IMG/VR virus record: IMGVR_UViG_3300046665_000193
Span: 14,981 to 78,980 of that record
DNA length: 64,000 nucleotides
Direction: 5' to 3' (one strand)
DNA from: a virus
The translations under genes were made by a program, and so were the position numbers. The notes under the pieces were generated by a model. That model saw only the letters and a list, made by a program, of their open reading frames with translations. It made no database searches and was not told the DNA's origin. Every line of letters begins with the position of its first letter. Positions within the stretch are counted from its first letter, which is position 1. This document shows positions 44,636-54,118 of the stretch, piece after piece.

Positions 44636-44888
44636 ACGGGGCATTCCGATACACAATTGAGCGGTGGATGTCTCGACATAATCCACTGTTCGTCGTATTG
44701 GCGTCACCGGGTGACAAATCAGGTGTGAAATGGGTGACATTTTGCACCTGATGATGACAGTGCAGGTATCGCCGATCTAAATAAGCTCAGCGATTACGGG
44801 AGCTTAGGCGTCTCACGGTTTTGCGCCACGAGATTTAGGTTCCCGCGTCACTTATACTACGATTAGCAACTACATACTAACATATTGA

Positions 44889-44920
44889 GGGCAGTGCAGA
44901 AATGCGCTGCCTTTTCTTTT
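44889..44920 (+). terminator. Rho-independent terminator in P' arm of D
   Basis: GGCAGTGCA-GAAA-TGCGCTGCC + T-tract. Confidence 0.8.
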
Positions 44921-45010
44921 GCGTGCTCATACTACGATAAGAAGGTGGATATGGGTGACACCCGCTTTGGTGACAGTGGAGCGGTGACAAAGTGACAATC
45001 AGGAGAACAC

Positions 45011-45697
45011 ATGCAGAACTACACAAAGGCCCGCGAGTGGAACGGCAAGGCGCTTAAGGGCGCGTGGGAATGCACCATCAAGATCGATGGCTGGCGTCTG
45101 CTTTGGAACGGTAACGAATGGGTGAGCAGGGCCAACAAGCCCATTCCGAACATCCCGCCGTGGCTCCCCGGCATGGCCACCGACTTCGAAGTGTTCCTCG
45201 GATCGCTCGCGCTGACCTCTCGCGCCTGCAAGACGAAGCACCTCAAGCCCGACACGCCGCGCGTCAAATACGACCACCTCTACAGTCTGGTTCCGCTGGA
45301 CCCTCGGCTGGTCATGCCCGGCCTGATCGACCCGACCGCTGAGCAAATCGCCGAGCTGCTGGCTGACGTGAACCGGCGCGGGTTCGAGGGGCTGGTGCTC
45401 CGACAAGGCGACCGCTGGATCAAAGTGAAGCCAGCCCAGACCCACGATGTGCTGATCACCGGCTACGGCGCTGGCGAGGGTAAGCATGAGGGTCGGCTCG
45501 GCTACCTGACCTCCGCGTTCGGCGACGTGGGCACCGGCTTCACCGACGAAGAGCGCGAAGAGCTGTGGGCCGAGGCGCTGGCCGGGACGCTGGTTGGCCA
45601 GACCATGGAGGTCGGCTGCATGCACCTGACCGAGGACGGCCAGTTCCGACACCCGCGCTTTGAGCGCATCCGCCATGACAAAATCGCAGAGCGATGA
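45011..45697 (+). CDS. Minimal ATP-dependent DNA ligase
   Basis: KIDGWR (motif I), EGLVLR (IV), KVK (V), GTGF, RHPRF OB domain. Confidence 0.92.
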   Translation: MQNYTKAREWNGKALKGAWECTIKIDGWRLLWNGNEWVSRANKPIPNIPPWLPGMATDFEVFLGSLALTSRACKTKHLKPDTPRVKYDHLYSLVPLDPRLVMPGLIDPTAEQIAELLADVNRRGFEGLVLRQGDRWIKVKPAQTHDVLITGYGAGEGKHEGRLGYLTSAFGDVGTGFTDEEREELWAEALAGTLVGQTMEVGCMHLTEDGQFRHPRFERIRHDKIAER

Positions 45698-45870
45698 CGC
45701 GCTGGCAGGACGAGGCGAACGCGCACTGGGACCGGATACGGGAGCGCATCAGGGCCAACCCAACGATCATCAAACCACAGCGGCTTGCTCACGAGGAAGC
45801 CGAAGACCTTCGCCGCCAACTGCAGGCGGCACACGCCGAGATCAACAGACTACGCAAGGGGACCGCATGA
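45694..45870 (+). CDS. Small hypothetical protein (58 aa, MTRWQDEA...)
   Basis: ATGA overlaps with both ligase and RNAP. Confidence 0.6.
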   Translation: MTRWQDEANAHWDRIRERIRANPTIIKPQRLAHEEAEDLRRQLQAAHAEINRLRKGTA

Positions 45871-48320
45871 CGGCAGCAGCAGTGCAACTGAGGGAAGAAG
45901 ACCTCGAACATCAGGCCCAGTTCAAGGGCGCAAAGCGGGTAAGGGATCAGGTCGCAAAGGCAAAGCAGCGCGGGCTGGGGGCTGACACTCCGGGCGGCGT
46001 GGCGCTTATGAAGCGGGCAGTCCAGCCGCTCGCCAAGCTGATCGAGCAGACCATCCTCGACGCCCGGTCAGGCAAGGCGGGTCGCCGCCACATCGCCATC
46101 GCCACCATGGAGAAGCTGCCCGCCGAGGTGCTGGCCTATCTGACGGTGCGCGAGTGCATCAGCGCGGCCATCCAGATCGCGCCGCTGACGAACACCGGGC
46201 TCAAGCTGGGCAGTTCCATTGAGGAGGAGCTGCGGCTGCAGGCGTTCGATGAGCAGGCACCGGACCTCTACCACACCATCATGCGCCGCCTTAAGGAACG
46301 TGGCGCTGGCGCTGGGCATGCCCGCAAGGTGTTCGTGTTCGCGGCCAACAAGCCCGACACCAACGTCGAGCTGCCGACCATCGCCAAGACGGACAAGCTG
46401 CACATCGGCATCCGCTTGATCGAGCTGCTGATCGAGGCCACCGGGTTCATCGAGCCGGTCACCGTCCGCATGGGCAAGACCAAGACCCGCACCATCATCC
46501 GCCCGACCGAGACCGTGGCGAAATGGATGGAGGACCGGAACCTCACCGCCGAGCTGCTGAGCCCTCACTATGCGCCCATGGTGGTGCCTCCGAAGGACTG
46601 GGAAGGCGTGAAGGGTGGCGGCTACATCAGCCCCGACTTCAAGCAACTCTCGCTGGTCAAGCGGTGCACCAAGAAGCAGCACAAGGAGGTGATGGCGCGG
46701 GCTGACCTGTCACAGGTGCTGCGTGCCCTCAACGCCGTCCAGCGCACCGCGTGGGCGATCAACACCGACGTGCTCGATGTCATGAACGAGGTCTGGGACA
46801 AGAGCTACGAGGTGGCGATGCCCAGCCGGGACGATCTGCTGGTGCCACCGTATCCTGCCGGTCACGTCGTCGCCGAGACGCCGGAAGAGGCATGGGCCAA
46901 CGTCCACCCCGACGCCAAGAAGGCTTGGATGCGCGGCGCTCGCAAGGTCTACGAAGGCAATGCGTCGAGCCGTGGCAAGCGCATGGGCATCTCGCAGATC
47001 ATCCACACCGCCAAGACGCTGGCCGGTGAGCCTGAGGTGTTCTTCCCGCACCAGCTCGACTTCCGGGGCCGGGCCTACGCAGTGCCCATCGGGCTCAACC
47101 CACAGGGCAGTGACCACGCCAAGGCGCTGCTGCACTTTGCGCACGGCAAAGCGATCACCACGCCCCGCGCTGCGGGCTGGCTCGCGATCAACGGTGCCAA
47201 CCTCTACGGTTACGACAAGGCCGCGTTCGCCGACCGCATCGCATGGGTCGAGGAGCGAGAGGAGCAGATCAAGTACACTGCACGGTGCCCGCTGGCTGAC
47301 CTCTGGTGGACTGATGCGGACAAGCCGTGGTGCTTCCTCGCTTGGATTTTCGAGTATGCGAAATTCCTGGGGGAAGGTTATGGGTTCGTCTCGCGGTTCG
47401 TCTGCAGTGTGGACGGCTCGTGCAACGGGCTGCAGCACTTCTCGGCCATGCTGCGTGATCCCATCGGCGGCGCTGCCGTCAACCTCGTGCCCGGTGAGCT
47501 GCCTGCTGACATCTACCAGCGCGTGGCTGATCGCGTCATCGAGAAGCTGAAAGAGGAGGGCGATGAGTGGGTGCCCCGTGGCTGGCTGGACTTCGGCATC
47601 AACCGCAAGACCACCAAGCGCCCGGTCATGGTGCTGCCCTACGGGGGCACGTTCAAGAGCTGCATGGAGTACGTCCGCGAGGCCGTAGGTGAGCAGATCA
47701 ATGACGGCAAGGAGAACCCGTTCGGTGATGAGCTGGGCAAGGCAACCGCCACGCTGGCTCGCAACGTATGGGACAGCATCGGCGACGTTGTCGTGGCCGC
47801 TCGCACGGCGATGGACTGGTTCCAAAAGTGTGCCCGCGTCGCGGCTAAGGCTGGGGTGCCGCTGATCTGGACGACACCGTCAGGCTTCCCCGTGTTCCAG
47901 AGCTACATGGACACGACCAGCCGCCGCGTGAAGACTCGGCTGCAGGGCTCGCTCGTCTTCCTGTCGCTGTCCGAGGACACTGACAAGATCGACGCCGGGC
48001 GGCAGGCGCTGGCTGTATCGCCCAACGCGGTGCACTCGCTCGATGCCTCGGCCATGGTGCTGACCATCAACCTCTGCCTCGACAACGCCGTCGAGCAGTT
48101 CGCTATGGTGCACGACAGCTATGGCACCGTCGCCGCCGACATGGACATGCTCGCCGCCTGCCTCAGGCATGCGTTCGTTGACATGTACGTGGAACATGAC
48201 GTGCTCGCCGAGTTCCTCGCCGGGCTCCCCGAAGAGGTGAGGGCGCAGTGCCCGCCACCACCGCCCAAGGGTTCGCTGGACATCCGCAAGGTGATCGACA
48301 GCGAGTTCTTCTTTGCCTAG
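45867..48320 (+). CDS. T7-like RNA polymerase
   Basis: Same motifs as 1142..3595; start MTAAAVQLREE. Confidence 0.97.
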   Translation: MTAAAVQLREEDLEHQAQFKGAKRVRDQVAKAKQRGLGADTPGGVALMKRAVQPLAKLIEQTILDARSGKAGRRHIAIATMEKLPAEVLAYLTVRECISAAIQIAPLTNTGLKLGSSIEEELRLQAFDEQAPDLYHTIMRRLKERGAGAGHARKVFVFAANKPDTNVELPTIAKTDKLHIGIRLIELLIEATGFIEPVTVRMGKTKTRTIIRPTETVAKWMEDRNLTAELLSPHYAPMVVPPKDWEGVKGGGYISPDFKQLSLVKRCTKKQHKEVMARADLSQVLRALNAVQRTAWAINTDVLDVMNEVWDKSYEVAMPSRDDLLVPPYPAGHVVAETPEEAWANVHPDAKKAWMRGARKVYEGNASSRGKRMGISQIIHTAKTLAGEPEVFFPHQLDFRGRAYAVPIGLNPQGSDHAKALLHFAHGKAITTPRAAGWLAINGANLYGYDKAAFADRIAWVEEREEQIKYTARCPLADLWWTDADKPWCFLAWIFEYAKFLGEGYGFVSRFVCSVDGSCNGLQHFSAMLRDPIGGAAVNLVPGELPADIYQRVADRVIEKLKEEGDEWVPRGWLDFGINRKTTKRPVMVLPYGGTFKSCMEYVREAVGEQINDGKENPFGDELGKATATLARNVWDSIGDVVVAARTAMDWFQKCARVAAKAGVPLIWTTPSGFPVFQSYMDTTSRRVKTRLQGSLVFLSLSEDTDKIDAGRQALAVSPNAVHSLDASAMVLTINLCLDNAVEQFAMVHDSYGTVAADMDMLAACLRHAFVDMYVEHDVLAEFLAGLPEEVRAQCPPPPPKGSLDIRKVIDSEFFFA

Positions 48321-48398
48321 TCACCTTCTAAACGTAGAGTAGCTATGCACGGTAGGAATAGGTAGCACACCTACTCCACCAAACGCTGAAAGGTTCAC

Positions 48399-48560
48399 AT
48401 GAAGCATTCACTGACCATCCGCATGGGCGCTGCCAACTGGGACGCTACCGTCACCAACGGCCCGCGCTTCGACTTCCGAACCATGACGACCCCGCAGCGC
48501 AAGCAGTGGTACGGCGCGTTCATGTCGTCGGTTCGCAAGATGTATCGGGGCGCTCGCTAA
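48399..48560 (+). CDS. Small hypothetical protein
   Basis: Homolog of 3674..3835. Confidence 0.8.
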   Translation: MKHSLTIRMGAANWDATVTNGPRFDFRTMTTPQRKQWYGAFMSSVRKMYRGAR

Positions 48561-48763
48561 TGCGGAACACCCTGACCAACCTGAGCCTCGCGCTCGCCAC
48601 CCTGATCGTCGCCGCACTGCTGATGCTGCTCTTCGGAGTACAGGCCGCAACCGTGCTGGCAATCTTCCTGCTGCTCGCCATCGTCTCGGGGACCGCCAAC
48701 ATCCTCTGCTTCCTGATGGAGATCATCGACAGCATCCGAGGCTGGATGGGCTGGCTTCGGTGA
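48560..48763 (+). CDS. Small membrane protein
   Basis: Diverged homolog of 3835..4038. Confidence 0.7.
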   Translation: MRNTLTNLSLALATLIVAALLMLLFGVQAATVLAIFLLLAIVSGTANILCFLMEIIDSIRGWMGWLR

Positions 48764-48869
48764 CCGAGTTCGTCTGCTTCCTCGCAGGCTTCGGGCTGGG
48801 GGTCGGCGCAACCTCAGCCTTCGTCATTCGCGCAGCACTTAAGGACATCAAGGAACTGTCTCAGCTCAC

Positions 48870-49133
48870 ATGATCAATCGTGACCAGATGACCAACGCCG
48901 ACGCTCAGCTCGTTGCTGACGCTGGCATCGCCATCCTCGACAGGATGCAGAACTACAAACCGCACATCCAGCCACTGGCACTGTGCGCCGCGTTCCTCAC
49001 TCTCGCCGCTCACATCCGCGTCCCTGCTCAGGACCTCTTCACGCTCACGACGAACATGCTGTCGGAGGAAGAGAACATCGCGGAGTTCAAGGCGCTGCGT
49101 GACTACGTCAAGTACGAGATCAAGCGTGCTTAG
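48870..49133 (+). CDS. Conserved phage hypothetical protein
   Basis: Identical to 4145..4408. Confidence 0.8.
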   Translation: MINRDQMTNADAQLVADAGIAILDRMQNYKPHIQPLALCAAFLTLAAHIRVPAQDLFTLTTNMLSEEENIAEFKALRDYVKYEIKRA

Positions 49134-49329
49134 GCTCTGGCCCGTCTGGGTGATCCTCGCCGCTGTCATCATCGGCGCATGCCCCTGATGTCTCGCAACC
49201 TCTCACTCGCAATTCACATGTGGCGGCAGGGCTATCCACTCCCTGTCGATCTGCACACCGCACTCACCAACGAGGGGCTCAACGTGGCCCGCCTCGAACA
49301 GCGCTATCGCGCGTAAGGAATACGAATAC

Positions 49330-50091
49330 ATGGCAAATGCAAAGCGACCGCAGGCTCCCAAGGGCACGACCTTCAAGGGCATCTTCAAGTGGCCGAAGCT
49401 GACTGAACCGGACTACGGCTCCAAGGAATACCCGAAGGAGAACGGCGAGTTCTCGGTGAAGCTGGTCGGTCGCATCGACGATCCCGACGTGCAGGCGTTC
49501 ATCGCCAAGTGGCAGCCGCTGCACGATCAGGCGATCAAGGATGCCGAGGTCGCCTTCAAGGCGCTCAAGGTCGATGTCCGCAAGAAGCTGGGCAAGGTCA
49601 CCGTCAACCCGCTCTACACTGAGCTGTATGACGAAGAGACCGAAGAGCCGACCGGCGAAGTCGAGTTCAAGTTCTCGATGCAGTACAGCGGCGTCTACAA
49701 GTCTGGTCCGAAGCAGGGCAAGAAGTGGTTCCGTCGTCCCGGCATCTTCGATGCTCGCGGCAACGAGATGAACCCGACGCCGTCGATCTGGGGTGGCACG
49801 AAGGGCCGCGTGGCGTTCGAGGTTGGCCTCAATCCCGAAGGCGCTCCCGGCTACTTCATCAGCGGCACTGGCGCTGCCGGTCTGACCCTGCGTCTGCAGG
49901 CTGCTCGCATCCTCGAACTGGTCAGCGAAGGCCAGCGTGACGCCAACAGCTACGGCTTCGGCGAAGAGGAAGAGGGTTACGAATACGACCCGTCCTCGGT
50001 CGCAGAGAAGTCGGCACCGGGCGACACCTCCGATCAGTCGGAAGGTGATGCAGGCGAAGGCACCGACGCTGGCTCCAACCCGGACTTCTAA
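49330..50091 (+). CDS. ssDNA-binding protein (gp2.5-like)
   Basis: Homolog of 4607..5368. Confidence 0.9.
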   Translation: MANAKRPQAPKGTTFKGIFKWPKLTEPDYGSKEYPKENGEFSVKLVGRIDDPDVQAFIAKWQPLHDQAIKDAEVAFKALKVDVRKKLGKVTVNPLYTELYDEETEEPTGEVEFKFSMQYSGVYKSGPKQGKKWFRRPGIFDARGNEMNPTPSIWGGTKGRVAFEVGLNPEGAPGYFISGTGAAGLTLRLQAARILELVSEGQRDANSYGFGEEEEGYEYDPSSVAEKSAPGDTSDQSEGDAGEGTDAGSNPDF

Positions 50092-50518
50092 GCCACGGGG
50101 AATTGTTGAGGGCTACCGCAGCGGTCTTGAAGAAAAGGTCGCTGCGCAGCTCGCATCCCTTGAGGTGCCCGCTCACTACGAGCAGTACAAACTGAACTAC
50201 GAAGTCCCGGCCCGTAAGGCCACCTACACTCCAGACTTCGTGTTGCCCAATGGGATCGTGATCGAGACGAAGGGACGTTTCGTCACCGCTGATAGAAAGA
50301 AACATCAGCTCGTTCGGGCAAGCCATCCCAACATCGACATCCGGTTCGTGTTCTCGAACCCCAATAATCGCATCGGGAAGAAGAGCGAAACCACATACGG
50401 CATGTGGTGTAGCAAGCTCGGCTTCCTCTTCTCGAAAGCATTCATCCCCGAAGCGTGGGTGAACGAACCCGTGTGCCCAAAGCGGCTCGCGGCGAACGCT
50501 GCTGCGTTCAAGAAGTAA
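50069..50518 (+). CDS. Endonuclease I (gp3-like), probable CTG start
   Basis: YRSGLE, YTPDF, IETKG. Confidence 0.92.
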   Translation: MAPTRTSKPRGIVEGYRSGLEEKVAAQLASLEVPAHYEQYKLNYEVPARKATYTPDFVLPNGIVIETKGRFVTADRKKHQLVRASHPNIDIRFVFSNPNNRIGKKSETTYGMWCSKLGFLFSKAFIPEAWVNEPVCPKRLAANAAAFKK

Positions 50519-50588
50519 CGACCGGGGAGGGCATGTGCTCTCCCCACCTCAGCTCATAAGCATCCCATGACGGGAAGAAGGACTACAC

Positions 50589-51008
50589 ATGACCAATCGC
50601 ATCACCACTGGCGACACCGTCGAAGTCGTTGACACCCAGCTCAACCGTAACTCCACCGTCTGGCGTCGTCGCATCGGCGAACGTCTGGTCGTCGAGGCGG
50701 TCAGCTCACTCAACTCGGTTCGCATCGCAGGCTTGCCTCGCGGTGGCTGGAGCATGGAGCGCTTCAAGAAGGTGACACCTGTGCGCCCCGCCGATGAAGT
50801 CGTCGTCGGCCAGTACATCATCATCCTGCGCAACGATCAGGGCGTGTTGCTGCCAGCCGTCAATCCGAAGGTCTACCTGACCGACGTTGAGGCCAAGCGT
50901 ATCGGCTCAGTCATGGCGAAGAAGCACGGGGGCACGTTCCAAGTGTTCAAGGCCATCTGTGAATACGACATGCCGAAGGTCACCACCCCGACCTTCCGTG
51001 CACTCTAA
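50589..51008 (+). CDS. Hypothetical protein
   Basis: Homolog of 5865..6284. Confidence 0.75.
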   Translation: MTNRITTGDTVEVVDTQLNRNSTVWRRRIGERLVVEAVSSLNSVRIAGLPRGGWSMERFKKVTPVRPADEVVVGQYIIILRNDQGVLLPAVNPKVYLTDVEAKRIGSVMAKKHGGTFQVFKAICEYDMPKVTTPTFRAL

Positions 51009-51022
51009 GGGAGGGGCCAGGA

Positions 51023-51403
51023 ATGTTGAAGCGCATCCTCACCGCACTCGCTCTGGTCGGTACGCTCGCTGTTGCGGGCTGTGCCGATGACGCCCGCGTC
51101 GCATCGCAGAACCTCACGAGGGCTGCGGACAACTTCGAAATCCCACGCCGCATCGTCTTCTACAACGCGATGACGGACGGATACATGCTCGAAATCGAAG
51201 GGCTGTGCTCGCAGGAGCAGAGCGACAAGAAGCTCACGGTCATCTGCAAGACCGGCCCGACCGAGTTCAAGAAACACTTCCTCGGCCTGAGCGACACCGT
51301 CACCTACTTCTCCGAACAGATGGAGCCGGTGAAGGCCAGCACGCAGCACTACCGCGTGACGTTCAAGCCCTCGACCATCGTCAGCAACTACGACTGGCGC
51401 TGA
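51023..51403 (+). CDS. Phage lipoprotein
   Basis: Lipobox LAVAGC; absent from element B. Confidence 0.8.
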   Translation: MLKRILTALALVGTLAVAGCADDARVASQNLTRAADNFEIPRRIVFYNAMTDGYMLEIEGLCSQEQSDKKLTVICKTGPTEFKKHFLGLSDTVTYFSEQMEPVKASTQHYRVTFKPSTIVSNYDWR

Positions 51404-51547
51404 CATGGAGTGGCTCCTGACCAAGCTCGTGGCCATGTGCGGCATCGCATTCGCCACCATCCTGTTGCTCGGCGCAGTCCGCTTCGCCGTCGCAATCATC
51501 GTCTCGTTCTCCACACAACTCTGACACCTCTCAAGGAACCATCACAC

Positions 51548-51793
51548 ATGGCAAAAGATTTCCGCGTCGTCGGCCCGAAGCCCCAGACCAAGCTCCTGCT
51601 CGACCACTTCTCCGACCGACCGTCAATCAGCGCTGTCGAAGCAGCCGCGCTGTATCGTATCCGCTCGCTGAGCCGACGCATCAACGATCTGCAGGACGAG
51701 GGCCACAAGTTCTCCAAGCAGCACGCCGTCGATCCGACCGGCCAGCGCTACGTGCGCTACCACTACCTCGGCCAGACGAGCTACGCAGCCTGA
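51548..51793 (+). CDS. Small winged-HTH protein
   Basis: Homolog of 6333..6569. Confidence 0.7.
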   Translation: MAKDFRVVGPKPQTKLLLDHFSDRPSISAVEAAALYRIRSLSRRINDLQDEGHKFSKQHAVDPTGQRYVRYHYLGQTSYAA

Positions 51794-52050
51794 TGAAGAA
51801 GTCCGCTGTAATTGAGGCGCTGCGGCTTGCAGGTATGGACGACGCCGTAAAGGTAGTTGAGTCGATGCCCACGCGCCGCCGCGCCGTGAAGGTCCGCACC
51901 CGCCCTGTTAGTGAGAAGATGACGCCCGAGCTGGCGCACCGCATCCAACACTTACTGGGCACCACCGACCTCGCGACACACAAGATTGCCGCGCTGGTGA
52001 ACGTGAACCCCGGTCGCGTTACCGAAGTGCAGCAGGGCCGCTGGCTCTAA
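51793..52050 (+). CDS. HTH DNA-binding protein
   Basis: HKIAALVNVNPGRVTEV. Confidence 0.65.
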   Translation: MKKSAVIEALRLAGMDDAVKVVESMPTRRRAVKVRTRPVSEKMTPELAHRIQHLLGTTDLATHKIAALVNVNPGRVTEVQQGRWL

Positions 52051-52053
52051 CCG

Positions 52054-53748
52054 TTGTCTGACGACGACAGCACCTTCGTCGCGAAGGAGCCATGCCCAGA
52101 GTGTGGCTCCCGCGACAACCTCGCTCGATACACAGACGGCCACGCATTCTGTTTCGGTTGCTCACACTGGGAGCCGCCGACCGATGGCTCTGGAGAGCGC
52201 ACCCCACCCACCGAAAGGAGACATGTGTCAGGCTTGATTGATGCAGGCGAATACATTGCGCTGAACAAACGCCAACTATCCGAAGAGGATTGTCGCAAGG
52301 CGGCATACTCAGTCTCCACCTTCCGAGGTCAGGCCGTCCAGATCGCAGCGATCAAGGACCCCATGACAGGCGAGACCATCGCCCAGAAGGTTAGGCTCCC
52401 CAACAAAGACTTCCTGTATCTCGGCGAGACCAAGGACGATCCGTTCTATCTGCAGCACCTGTGGAAGGATGGCGGTAAGCGCGTCGTCATCACCGAGGGC
52501 GAGATCGATGCAGTCACCGTGCTCAAGATACAGCAGCACAAGTGGCCCGTCGTCTCCATCACCAAGGGCGTCAAGGGCGCGAAGAAGCAGATACAGCAGC
52601 AGCTCAAGTGGCTCGACAAGTTCGACGAAGTCGTCCTGATGTTCGACAACGACGAGCAGCACACGCGGCCTGATGGCTCGACGTGGTATCCCGGCCAAGA
52701 CACCGCCATCGAATGTGCAGCGCTCTTCAAGCCCGGCAAGTGCAAGATCGCGCGGCTCCCGCTCAAGGATGCCAGCGACATGCACACTGCCGGTCGCGAC
52801 GACGAAGTCATCACCGCGATCTGGAACGCCAAGACGTATCGCCCTGACGGTGTCGTTACCATCGCCGACATTCGCGACGCGGTGCTCAAGGACCCAGAGC
52901 AGGGCTATCCGTGGTTCTCGGAGAAGCTGACAAAGCTGACATATGGGCGACGCCTCGGCGAGGTGAGCACGTTCGGCGCAGGTACGGGCGTTGGCAAGAC
53001 CGACTTCCTGACTGAGCAGATGCAGTTCGACATGGTGCAGCTTAACCAGCCCATCGCCGTGTTCTCTCTGGAGCAGCCACCGGCTGAGACTGTGAAGCGC
53101 CTCGCTGGCAAGCAGGCTGGCAAACGCTTCCACATCCCTGCTGAAGCCGCAGGCTGGACGAAGGAAGAGCTGATCGCGTCCATGGATGTGATCGAGGCTG
53201 GCGGCAAGCTGTTCATGTACGACAGCTTCGGCGCGACGGACTGGGGCATCATCGCCACCACCATCCGCTTCCTGCATCACAGCGAGAACGTCAACCTGTT
53301 CTACGTCGATCATCTCACCGGCCTTGCGGCTGCGGAGGATGACGAGCGGACGGGGCTGGAGCGCATCATGACCGAGGTCTCGATGCTCGCCAAGGAACTG
53401 CACATCCACATCCATCTGGTGTCGCACCTCGCAACGCCGGAAGGGAAGCCGCACGAAGAGGGCGGTCGCGTGATGATCCGCCACTTCAAGGGCTCCCGCG
53501 CCATCGGCTTCTGGAGCCACAACATGTTCGGCATGGAGCGTGACCAGCAGGCCGACAGCGAAGTGCTCCGAACGATCACCACCTTCCGCATCCTCAAGCT
53601 TCGTGCTGACGGCTCGCGCGTCGGTCAGTGCGTCTACTTCGGATACGACAGCGAGATCGGACGACTGTTCGAGACCGAGCTGCCGGAAGAGGACGAGGGA
53701 AGCAATCCATTCCAAGGCAAGGCCGAAGGAGCCAACACCGATTTCTGA
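52054..53748 (+). CDS. Primase-helicase (gp4-like)
   Basis: Homolog of 7561..9258. Confidence 0.97.
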   Translation: MSDDDSTFVAKEPCPECGSRDNLARYTDGHAFCFGCSHWEPPTDGSGERTPPTERRHVSGLIDAGEYIALNKRQLSEEDCRKAAYSVSTFRGQAVQIAAIKDPMTGETIAQKVRLPNKDFLYLGETKDDPFYLQHLWKDGGKRVVITEGEIDAVTVLKIQQHKWPVVSITKGVKGAKKQIQQQLKWLDKFDEVVLMFDNDEQHTRPDGSTWYPGQDTAIECAALFKPGKCKIARLPLKDASDMHTAGRDDEVITAIWNAKTYRPDGVVTIADIRDAVLKDPEQGYPWFSEKLTKLTYGRRLGEVSTFGAGTGVGKTDFLTEQMQFDMVQLNQPIAVFSLEQPPAETVKRLAGKQAGKRFHIPAEAAGWTKEELIASMDVIEAGGKLFMYDSFGATDWGIIATTIRFLHHSENVNLFYVDHLTGLAAAEDDERTGLERIMTEVSMLAKELHIHIHLVSHLATPEGKPHEEGGRVMIRHFKGSRAIGFWSHNMFGMERDQQADSEVLRTITTFRILKLRADGSRVGQCVYFGYDSEIGRLFETELPEEDEGSNPFQGKAEGANTDF

Positions 53749-54118
53749 CAAATGCGAACCGCTTCACAAAGCTGGACCGCTGGACCTGCGCATCACTCGC
53801 GCGGGTCCGATGATCCTGATCACCACCCTAGACGGCGAGGAGGTTGTCGCTGAGCAAGTCATCGCCCGCGAAGGCATTCCGTCATTCATCAGAGCATTGC
53901 GCGAGGTGGCCGGTGTCTAACGCGCCCACGGTGTTCGCCCTCAGCGCTCATGAGAACGTCCGCGTGGCCATCGACGACAACGAGGTCATCATCGGCGTCC
54001 CCGATCAGAAGGCCGTCGTGATCCCTATCGTCCTCTTCGCGCACATCGTGGCGATGATCGACGAACTCTGCACCACCAACAGCATCCACATGGAAGAAGC
54101 GGCACTGGTAACAAAGCA

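Larger units (their letters stand above)
43549..44840. mobile_element. Element C: 1.3-kb integrase-less cassette (protease + tRNA-Leu) bounded by TTTAGGT cores
   Basis: Cores 43549-43555 and 44834-44840; GGTGACA(A) sites at 43685, 43698, 44710, 44733. Confidence 0.75.

Noticed and set aside
44678-44690. 13-mer AACAGTGGATTAT shared between cassette C (minus strand) and 37455-37467
   Set aside because: About one such match is expected by chance between 1.3 kb and 43 kb, and it is only a weak DnaA-box resemblance.
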